From Bacteroidales bacterium (GTDB lineage Bacteria > Bacteroidota > Bacteroidia > Bacteroidales > UBA1556), in contig JAMOQI010000006.1 of assembly GCA_027064095.1 (NCBI GenBank), forward strand, positions 258 to 64,257: a DNA stretch of 64,000 nt. The letters are read 5' to 3'. Below are positions 19,621 to 27,605 of the stretch, one piece after another. The translations under genes were made by a program, and so were the position numbers. The notes beneath the pieces are model-generated. The model was not told where the DNA came from and did no database searches. It saw nothing but the letters and a program-made list of their open reading frames with translations. Position 1 is the first letter of the stretch; each line of letters opens with the position of its first letter.

Positions 19621-19679
19621 TTAATTGGCTAATTTATGCAGTAAAAGAAATCTCAATAATAACTCTTTGGTTTAGAGCT

Positions 19680-20255
19680 TTATTTTATAATGATATCAAA
19701 TTTTTCCAGCAATGACAATGCTCCATCTATGGAGAATTTAGCTTTCTTAATTTTATTTCTATTTACATCAATACTATAATTTAATGATGTTGACAGGTCA
19801 GCTTTATTAAGGATAGTATTCTCAAAGACTGTCGCAGATAAATCACAATTTTCAAATTTAGAAGCAGTTAGATTTGTTTCTGCAAAATCTACTTCCTGAA
19901 GAATACAGTTTACAAAATGAGTTTTTTTCAAATCTAACTTATAAAAAGAAGAAAACCTAAGATTGCAATTTTTAAAATTCACCTCCAAAAGAAAAATATT
20001 ACAGTCATTAAAGTTTATTCCCAACATTTTAGAATCGATAAACTTCACCTTTTGAAAAGCTACTCCTGTAACATTTGCATTGCTCAAATTACATGAAATA
20101 AAGTTACAGTTGTAAAAAGAAGAATTCACAAAGTTTTGGTTTGCAAAATTACAATTATCAAAACTACATTCCTCATAATCAGCAATTTCAAAAATATCTT
20201 TAGTAAAATCTACTTTAGAAAATATTTTGCTATCTATGTATTTTTTTTCATTCAT
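19680..20255 (-). CDS. Pentapeptide repeat protein
   Basis: Tandem (A/C/S)(D/N)(F/L)xx repeats. Confidence 0.9.
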   Translation of the reverse strand: MNEKKYIDSKIFSKVDFTKDIFEIADYEECSFDNCNFANQNFVNSSFYNCNFISCNLSNANVTGVAFQKVKFIDSKMLGINFNDCNIFLLEVNFKNCNLRFSSFYKLDLKKTHFVNCILQEVDFAETNLTASKFENCDLSATVFENTILNKADLSTSLNYSIDVNRNKIKKAKFSIDGALSLLEKFDIIIK

Positions 20256-20261
20256 AATAAT

Positions 20262-20591
20262 CTAAATCAGAATATTTGGTTGCCAAAATGATTCTTTAAA
20301 ATCTATTACAATATCATCAACAATTTTATGGCCTTCTTGTAATAATAATTCTTCCATTAAATGGGGGTGACTAAAAGCTTTTTTACCAGTCAACATACCA
20401 TTCCTATTAAGCACTCTATGAGCCGGTACAGGATTTTCTAATGACGAGGATTTATTTAATGCCCAACCAACCATACGAGCAGCCAAAGGAGATCCAACAG
20501 CCTTTGCAACAGCGCCATAAGTTGTTAACTTTCCGTATGGAATTTGTCGACAAACCTGATATACTTTTTCAAAAAAGTCTATTTTAGACAT
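20262..20591 (-). CDS. Alkyltransferase-like (ATL/MGMT family) protein
   Basis: IPYGKLTTYGAVA, ARMVGWAL, and PAHRV in place of catalytic PCHRV. Confidence 0.88.
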   Translation of the reverse strand: MSKIDFFEKVYQVCRQIPYGKLTTYGAVAKAVGSPLAARMVGWALNKSSSLENPVPAHRVLNRNGMLTGKKAFSHPHLMEELLLQEGHKIVDDIVIDFKESFWQPNILI

Positions 20592-20592
20592 A

Positions 20593-21294
20593 TTATTTTT
20601 TTGTATTAAAGTCAAAAAAGGCTTCAGGATTAAGTGTAAACTGCATAAAATTTATTGCAAATCCTTGATCCGAAAATAGCTTTTCATAATGTGTTTTTAT
20701 AGACTTCACTTCATCGAAATTATCTAATGAATATAAATCTTTGACAGAATTAATAAGCTTATGATTTCCTTCTTCAATTACCTCAAGCGTATAATCAAAA
20801 AGCGGTTCATTATCCGTTTTGAAATTTATTATACCATTCTTCTTAAGAATCTTAGAATATCTATACAGAAATGGAGGTGAAGTAAGCCTCTTATTAATCT
20901 TTATTTTCTTTGGCTGAGGGTCAGGGAAAGTAATCCACAATTCATCAATCTCATCTAAAGCAAAAATATTCGGCACCATTTGCACATAGTTTCTAACAAA
21001 AGCAACGTTTTTAAGGCCTTTATTAAACGAATCCTTGCATCCACGCCAAAGTCTTGCGCCTTTGATATCCATTCCTATAAAATTCCTTTCAGGGTACTTC
21101 TCTGCCAAACCAACAGTATATTCTCCCTTACCACATCCAACTTCAAGAGTAATTGGGTTATCATTATTAAAAAAATCTTTTCCCCATTTTCCTTGCATAT
21201 AATAACCATCTTTCAAATCGTCGTATTCTGGTTGAAATAAATGAGGAAAGTTTAGGTTTTCAGCAAAATGTGCTAACTTCTTCTTGGATCCCAT
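20593..21294 (-). CDS. trmB: tRNA (guanine-N7)-methyltransferase
   Basis: LEVGCGKGEY, DIKGARLW, WITFPDPQ, KRLTS, FKTD. Confidence 0.95.
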   Translation of the reverse strand: MGSKKKLAHFAENLNFPHLFQPEYDDLKDGYYMQGKWGKDFFNNDNPITLEVGCGKGEYTVGLAEKYPERNFIGMDIKGARLWRGCKDSFNKGLKNVAFVRNYVQMVPNIFALDEIDELWITFPDPQPKKIKINKRLTSPPFLYRYSKILKKNGIINFKTDNEPLFDYTLEVIEEGNHKLINSVKDLYSLDNFDEVKSIKTHYEKLFSDQGFAINFMQFTLNPEAFFDFNTKK

Positions 21295-21303
21295 AACTAA
21301 AAA

Positions 21304-22314
21304 CTAATGTATGATTTTTTGTATCCATAGACTTTTAGACTCTTTTTCTGCAGTCTCTTTCATGAAGATTTTTGCTTTGCTACGCTTTTCAAAACCTGCA
21401 TAGCAAACTCTTATTAACCCCCCACTGGTTTCACCTTCTATACTTGCATCAGAATATCCTTTTAGGATAATTTCTTGCAAATATTCCTGTGCTTTTTCTT
21501 CAGAACGGAAACATCCTGCTATCACAAAATATTTCTTCTTATTCTTATTTATTATTTCAGGTATCGGCTCTATTTCTGTTTTATCTTCAATTAATTCTGT
21601 GGTATCTACTTTAACGACTTCCTGGATTACAACACTGTCGCTCAAAACATCTTCTACAACAGTATCAACAACTGATGAGTTCTGGGATGCTGTATCAACA
21701 ACAGCAATTTCCGGCTGTGTTGCTGAATTATTAATTGGCTTATCGACTACTTTTACAATCAATGGAGGAGATTTTACAAAAAGTTGGTCTTTAAAAATTA
21801 TAAAGGCAGCAATAATAACTGCAGCTGCTACAAGAAATACCCAAAGCCAAACTAATTTTCTTTTTGGATTTTCTTCATCCACAATTACAGGCGCTGCTTT
21901 AATTTCTTCTTCTTTAACTATTGGTTTAGCCTCAAAAGCTTGCAGACCAAAATAAGTTTTCTCATAATTGAAATCTAAATTTTGTTCAAAAACTAATGCT
22001 CCGGAAGGATGCATCTTAACAATTCCTATATTTTCAAATTCGTATTGATTACTTTCTTTCAAAATTATTTTTATACTTTCAACAAAGTCTTCAATTGATT
22101 TATCTGAATTTGAACCAATAGATTTTTCTAACAAGTCATCAACAGCCTCAAAGTTCTTTGTAAACTTTATCACCTTATATTTAGGTGTAAACTCATTACT
22201 AACAGGGTGATTGTAAACCTCTTGAACTAACAGCTCAAAAACACCAAAATTCGGCACTACTACCCTATTATGAGTAAATAATAACTTACTGATATATAAA
22301 TTTATATCTATCAT
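21304..22314 (-). CDS. HU-like (CCDC81-type) N-terminal domains, TM helix and C-terminal SPOR domain protein
   Basis: LLFTHNRVVVPNFGVF N-terminus, single TM, C-terminal YFVIAGCFRSEEKA SPOR motif. Confidence 0.8.
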   Translation of the reverse strand: MIDINLYISKLLFTHNRVVVPNFGVFELLVQEVYNHPVSNEFTPKYKVIKFTKNFEAVDDLLEKSIGSNSDKSIEDFVESIKIILKESNQYEFENIGIVKMHPSGALVFEQNLDFNYEKTYFGLQAFEAKPIVKEEEIKAAPVIVDEENPKRKLVWLWVFLVAAAVIIAAFIIFKDQLFVKSPPLIVKVVDKPINNSATQPEIAVVDTASQNSSVVDTVVEDVLSDSVVIQEVVKVDTTELIEDKTEIEPIPEIINKNKKKYFVIAGCFRSEEKAQEYLQEIILKGYSDASIEGETSGGLIRVCYAGFEKRSKAKIFMKETAEKESKSLWIQKIIH

Positions 22315-23033
22315 AAATTTCTTATTGCATTTTCTAAATCTTCGGGAGTATCTATACCAATACTATCATATTCAGTAATCCCGACACCAATACTATAACC
22401 TGCATCGAGCCAGCGCAATTGCTCCAAGGATTCTGCTTTCTCTATTGTCGATATAGGTAATGTTATTAAGTTTTGTAAAATATCTGATTTAAAAGCATAC
22501 ATACCTATATGTTTGAAGTAGGTAATATCTTGAATATTTTGTCTATTGTAAGGAATAGGATATCTTGAGAAATATAAAGCTTTACCATTTTGCGATTTAA
22601 CGACTTTGACAACATTAGGAGATTCAATTTCTTCCTTATCAGATGTACTCTTTATCAATGTTGCTATTTGATAATTCTTTGTATCAATAATATTACAAAG
22701 ACTTTCAATTTGCTCAGGATTCAAAAAAGGCTCATCACCTTGAATATTAATTACAACATCAAACTTTTCCGGCAATTTCCTAACCACTTCAGCAATTCTT
22801 TCTGTTCCGTTATTATGTTCTTTTGAAGTCATCATTACTTCAGCACCAAATCCCATAACATGATTAAAAATTCTATCATCATCAGTGGCAATTATTACCC
22901 TACTAAGACAATCAACTTGACAGGCAATATCCCAGACATGGTGAATCATACTCTTGCCATTAATATCTGCCAAAGGCTTCCCTGGAAACCTACTTGACTG
23001 ATAACGTGCTGGTATAACTGCTATTACGGACAT
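22311..23033 (-). CDS. kdsB: 3-deoxy-manno-octulosonate cytidylyltransferase
   Basis: IPARYQSSRFPGKPL, NIQGDEP, ALYFSR, HIGMY, ESLEQLRWL. Confidence 0.96.
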   Translation of the reverse strand: MSVIAVIPARYQSSRFPGKPLADINGKSMIHHVWDIACQVDCLSRVIIATDDDRIFNHVMGFGAEVMMTSKEHNNGTERIAEVVRKLPEKFDVVINIQGDEPFLNPEQIESLCNIIDTKNYQIATLIKSTSDKEEIESPNVVKVVKSQNGKALYFSRYPIPYNRQNIQDITYFKHIGMYAFKSDILQNLITLPISTIEKAESLEQLRWLDAGYSIGVGITEYDSIGIDTPEDLENAIRNL

Positions 23034-23072
23034 AACGATTATCCTTATATAGAATTAATTTATCACTAGATA

Positions 23073-23687
23073 TTAAAATAAACCATGAATCTCACCATTT
23101 ATCTTCTCTATTATCATCCCTAAATCTTCGGGATTATTGAGAAAATCCAAATTATCAACGTCAATAATTAATAACTTTCCTTTAGAATAAGTTTTAATCC
23201 AAGATTCATAACGCTCATTAAGACTCTTCAAATAATCTAATCGAATAGAGTTCTCATAATCTCTTCCTCGTTTTTGTATTTGATTAACAAGGTTTGGTAC
23301 AGAAGAACGCAAGTAAATAAGCAAATCAGGAGGCTGAATAAATGAAGACATTAACTCAAATAATGACTGATAGTTCTCAAAATCACGAGAAGGCATAAGT
23401 CCCATTTCGTGTAAGTTGGGAGCAAAAATATATGCATCCTCATAAATTGTTCTATCCTGAATAACAGTCTTACCACTATTTCTTATTTCTACAACCTGAC
23501 GAAATCTACTATTGAGAAAATATATCTGAAGATTAAAGGACCATCGCTGCATATCTTCATAGAAGCTGTTAAGATAAGGGTTAGTTTCAACATCTTCGTA
23601 ATGTGCTTGCCACTTAAAGTGTTTTGCAAGTAATCTTGTCAAGGTGGTTTTTCCGGCACCAATGTTCCCTGCTATTGCGATATGCAT
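23073..23687 (-). CDS. Deoxynucleoside kinase
   Basis: AGNIGAGKTT, LQIYFL, QDRTIYED, IQKRGR. Confidence 0.93.
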   Translation of the reverse strand: MHIAIAGNIGAGKTTLTRLLAKHFKWQAHYEDVETNPYLNSFYEDMQRWSFNLQIYFLNSRFRQVVEIRNSGKTVIQDRTIYEDAYIFAPNLHEMGLMPSRDFENYQSLFELMSSFIQPPDLLIYLRSSVPNLVNQIQKRGRDYENSIRLDYLKSLNERYESWIKTYSKGKLLIIDVDNLDFLNNPEDLGMIIEKINGEIHGLF

Positions 23688-23909
23688 AATTCCTGTAATT
23701 TTATGATATTGTTAATATTAAGAACCAAATATTGAAGTAACATATCAAAACTATATCCAAAATTAACAAAAAATAATTCGAATTAATGTTTTTATTTATG
23801 CTTTGGCTCAATTATGTAAAAAAACTGCAATGATTTTAAAATTGCAAGGGACAAAGGTAAGAAAATTGTAGTATCTGATTAAGGATAAATATAGTTGTTG
23901 AAAAAATAT

Positions 23910-24716
23910 TTACAAATCGTGGTAGAAGAAATTATTTTTATTGTTTCTATAATAAATTCTATTTTTATTAATCCTGATTTCATTAACGTTATTATATAGC
24001 AACGGTATTGTATCTATCTGCATAGTAAGTGGATTAAAAAACAAATTAGTGTCGTTTTTAAGTATTTGCCACTGACCACTTCTAATATAAAGGTCATCAA
24101 TATTGACAAATGGTATTCTCTTTATGTAATTTCCAAATCTATCAAAAACAAAAATACCATACTTATTATCTCGTAATATAACCTGATTATCCCTTTCTAT
24201 TAATTGAACGGGTTGAATTTGATATCCTGTAACATTTAAAATATTTCCACTATTATCAGTTTCATCTAAAAGGTTGTTAAAACGAATCAAAGCTTGAGAG
24301 ATAGGATCAAATAACCAAAAACCATTATTATAAGATAAGCATACCAAACTAGCTTGTTCGTATCCTAATTCACTTAAATCTATAGGACTATTTTTCACAG
24401 CAAGCTGATTATCAAGCAATATTATTTGATTATTATCATCATAATACAATAAAATATTCATCGGATCACTAACATCAAGGGATGTAATATCACCTAAGTA
24501 CAGATTAGAAAATGTATTGAGTAATACAGCATCTTTAGAATATTTTTTAAGTTCTGAACCATTAACAAAATATAATTGTCCCAAAAGATCCAACTGAAAA
24601 AAATCAGTTTTTGAAGGGAATGAAGATTTAGCTTGAGCATATACTGATGACGAAACAAATGCTAAAGCAATAATCAACAACGGAATACCAACAAAAAATA
24701 TTTTTAAACTTTTCAT
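23910..24716 (-). CDS. Secreted conserved hypothetical protein (beta-propeller-like)
   Basis: Signal peptide; DLLGQLY, LGDITSLDVSDPMNILLYY, GIFVFDRFGNY repeats. Confidence 0.6.
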   Translation of the reverse strand: MKSLKIFFVGIPLLIIALAFVSSSVYAQAKSSFPSKTDFFQLDLLGQLYFVNGSELKKYSKDAVLLNTFSNLYLGDITSLDVSDPMNILLYYDDNNQIILLDNQLAVKNSPIDLSELGYEQASLVCLSYNNGFWLFDPISQALIRFNNLLDETDNSGNILNVTGYQIQPVQLIERDNQVILRDNKYGIFVFDRFGNYIKRIPFVNIDDLYIRSGQWQILKNDTNLFFNPLTMQIDTIPLLYNNVNEIRINKNRIYYRNNKNNFFYHDL

Positions 24717-26281
24717 TTTATCATATTATTAAGCCAATAATCTTCTATTTCAAAAACATTACCAACATTATTCTCCACAACAAGCACCTCTTTTAGTTCC
24801 TCAATAATATTTCTCTTATTAGAAAGTCGAGGCACCTTATACTGCCCTCCCAACCTTCCATTTTTAGAAAGCCACTTATAAAACGTATTTACCGGCAAAT
24901 TTACAACAATAGGTTTCTCTAAAACCATATTCTGAAAACGTTTTGCTTCGTAATCAGAGTTTTTTGTTTTAAGAGCATTATCCAACAATTCTGTAAAAAA
25001 CAATAAATCAGAAGGTTCTTTTTCAAATTCAATCAACCATTGATGTGTAATACGCTTATTAACATTATCGATTAAAGGTGCAGCTGTATATTCATTTACT
25101 ATTGCACCTGTATTCTGACAAGCATGATTAATTGCAAAATCAGCATTATCAACAATTAACTCTTCACCGGCAACATTTATATAACTCTTAGTTCGACCAC
25201 TTATACGAATCCTATAAGGTATTTTACTAGTAAAAATCACCGTATCTCCAATTAAATACCGCCATAATCCTGCGTTAGTAGATATTACCATGGCATAATT
25301 TTTTCCTAATTCTACCTGTTCAATTGTTAAAGCCTGAGGATTAGATTTTTCAAGATCTTCCAAAGCAATAAATTCATAGAAAATTCCATAATCTAACAAT
25401 AGTAGCAGCTCATCACTATCAGAGGAATCCTGAATAGCAAAAAAACCTTCAGAAGCATTATATACTTCCTGGTAATTAACATTGTTGTCCATTATTTTTT
25501 CAAAATGCTTGATATAAGGTGCCAAGCTCACTCCACCATGCATTACAAGCTCAAAGTTAGGCCAAACATCCCTAATTTTATTCTTACCGGAAACTTCCAA
25601 TACTTTTTCTAAAATCACCAACATCCACGATGGCACACCGGAAATAGCTCTAATATCAACATTTAAAGTGTTTTCGACAATTAATTCTAATTTTTTTGAC
25701 CAGTCTTCCATCAATGCAATGGATAAGTTTGGTGATTTAGTAATATGAGCCCATAAAGGTAGATTGCTCATAAGAATTGCTGATAAATCGCCAATGAAAT
25801 AATCATTAGTATCGCTTAATTTAGAACTTCCTGCTACTCCAATAGTTTTGCCGCTAAGAAATTCCGAATCAGGATTTTTATGTAAATACAAAGCCAATAA
25901 ATCCTTGCCTGCTTTATAATGACAATCATTTAAACTATCAATGGTAACAGGTATAAATTTACTTTTTGCATTGGTAGTTCCCGATGATTTTGCAAACCAA
26001 CGTGTTTCTGTTGGCCATAGCAAATTATGTTCACCATTTAACAAACGCGACACATAAGGTTCTATGTCTTCATATCTGGAAATTGGTACTCGTTGTTGAA
26101 AATCATCAATATTCTTAATATCAGAATAACGATAATTTATACCCCATTCTGTATCTTCTGCTTCAGAAATTAAATTGAAAAACAATTCGTTTTGAACATC
26201 ATGAGGAAACCGCATAAAAAGTTCCATTTGATGATAACGTTTTTTTAGAAACCACGATGTTAACGAATTTATTAAGGCCAT
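24713..26281 (-). CDS. GH3 family acyl-adenylate-forming protein
   Basis: FAKSSGTT, GDLSAIL, YNASEGFF, GLWRYLIGD, GQYKVPRL. Confidence 0.9.
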   Translation of the reverse strand: MALINSLTSWFLKKRYHQMELFMRFPHDVQNELFFNLISEAEDTEWGINYRYSDIKNIDDFQQRVPISRYEDIEPYVSRLLNGEHNLLWPTETRWFAKSSGTTNAKSKFIPVTIDSLNDCHYKAGKDLLALYLHKNPDSEFLSGKTIGVAGSSKLSDTNDYFIGDLSAILMSNLPLWAHITKSPNLSIALMEDWSKKLELIVENTLNVDIRAISGVPSWMLVILEKVLEVSGKNKIRDVWPNFELVMHGGVSLAPYIKHFEKIMDNNVNYQEVYNASEGFFAIQDSSDSDELLLLLDYGIFYEFIALEDLEKSNPQALTIEQVELGKNYAMVISTNAGLWRYLIGDTVIFTSKIPYRIRISGRTKSYINVAGEELIVDNADFAINHACQNTGAIVNEYTAAPLIDNVNKRITHQWLIEFEKEPSDLLFFTELLDNALKTKNSDYEAKRFQNMVLEKPIVVNLPVNTFYKWLSKNGRLGGQYKVPRLSNKRNIIEELKEVLVVENNVGNVFEIEDYWLNNMIK

Positions 26282-26345
26282 ATTCTTCAGTTTGATTGGC
26301 TAAAATACAAAAAAGCCTAATATATTTTTATTAAAATAAGGCAAA

Positions 26346-26519
26346 TTATAATTCAGTTTCTCTTTTTAGAATATCCTCAATATCTGAAATGCAAGATCCA
26401 CATCCAGTTCCTGCTCCTGTATTGCTAATTATATCTTGAAGATTCACTTCTTCATTATTGTTATTTATAGTGTAAACTATTTCATGTTCACTTACATCCA
26501 TACAATGACATATAATCAT
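26346..26519 (-). CDS. BFD-like [2Fe-2S]-binding protein, 57 aa (absent from ORF track); ancestral start probably 26542
   Basis: Hand translation gives MIICHCMDVSEHEIVYTINNNNEEVNLQDIISNTGAGTGCGSCISDIEDILKRETEL*, with the CxC...GxxCGxC signature. Confidence 0.85.
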   Translation of the reverse strand: MIICHCMDVSEHEIVYTINNNNEEVNLQDIISNTGAGTGCGSCISDIEDILKRETEL

Positions 26520-26596
26520 ATAATATTGTCTTCAACACTCATACTTAAATCTCTTTTTTAAAAAAATAAATTGCCTATATTTTCATCAGATATTAA

Positions 26597-26819
26597 TCCT
26601 GATTATTCATTAATAATCCTGACGATTAAGTAAAACTAATAAGCTCAGTTCGACATAATATTTCACTCGAGGTTAATAAAATTGGATATTTTTCAAATAC
26701 CCAAATTTGATTTTTTCTAAATCAGCCTGTACCAAACTTGTTTCGGGAGGTTTTTCCCAGCATTGCCTCCCACATTCATCGCTTTTTCATACAATTTGCT
26801 TTTGTATGAATAATGAGGG
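26597..26819 (+). mobile_element. MITE-like repeat, copy B
   Basis: TTAA|TCCTGATTATTCA...TGAATAATGAGGG|TTAT; shares CTCAGTTCGACATAA and the TTCATACAA..TTGTATGAA hairpin with other copies. Confidence 0.75.
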
Positions 26820-27066
26820 TTATATTGACGCAGAAGATAATAATTATTTATATAGATTAATTCTAAATAATAATAATATTTAGATTTAACTAAACCTTTT
26901 TTTGTTTATTTTTGTCTATCTATCGTTTAGAATACAAACAACTAAAATTATTTTGTTAATTTTATAACTCAATGTGATTTTAATTGATTAAACCAAATTA
27001 ATACAACATCAGTTAATTTCCATAATATTGTAATTCAACCAATTATATTAATTTAATATATTTTTT

Positions 27067-27495
27067 ATGAGACACTCCTTATTAATAATCATTTTCAGTT
27101 TAACAAGTATATTGCTAAGTAGTTTTAGCACAAAGGACCCTGATCCTAGAATTATTGATTATCTCGGACAGGAAAAGGTAGATATTATTTTAAAAAACAA
27201 TCCTGATTTAATAAATTATTATAACTTTTTTCTAGAAAATAGCTATATAATTTCAGAAGTACCTCAAGATAAATTAATAGATAATAACTTTACAGAAATA
27301 AAATTGCCCTTAGAAAACGGAAAAGTGGACAGAGAAAAGCTTAACGTATTAAAATTAAATATTCAAAGAAAATATGATAGCAGAATATATTTTAAAGTAG
27401 AAAATTCTAATGAAATTTTTATAATGTTAAGCGAAAAGGAATTTATTGAAAAATATAATGATTACCGAAAAAAACTTGGTTTAATAAATAAATAA
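27067..27495 (+). CDS. Secreted hypothetical protein
   Basis: Signal peptide, PDPRIIDYLG...NPDLINYYNFFLENSY; directly upstream of the T9SS cargo gene. Confidence 0.7.
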   Translation: MRHSLLIIIFSLTSILLSSFSTKDPDPRIIDYLGQEKVDIILKNNPDLINYYNFFLENSYIISEVPQDKLIDNNFTEIKLPLENGKVDREKLNVLKLNIQRKYDSRIYFKVENSNEIFIMLSEKEFIEKYNDYRKKLGLINK

Positions 27496-27501
27496 GAAAC
27501 T

Positions 27502-27586
27502 TATGAAACGAACATGACAATTTTTAATTATAAATTGACCCACAAGGTCATGATTAAAATATTGTTATGTGACTCCATATTACCAA
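27502..27586 (+). promoter_or_regulatory. Conserved leader element, copy 1: uORF MKRT* (27503-27517) within a long hairpin
   Basis: ~90% identical to the reverse complement of 51347-51432. Confidence 0.7.
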
Positions 27587-27605
27587 CTTAACAAATTTTG
27601 AACAT

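Noticed and set aside
19680-20255. Qnr quinolone-resistance gene
   Set aside because: Generic chromosomal pentapeptide protein; no Qnr-specific features recognisable by eye.
20262-20591. Inactivated MGMT pseudogene (Cys replaced by Ala)
   Set aside because: PAHRV is a normal variant of alkyltransferase-like proteins, and the ORF is intact.
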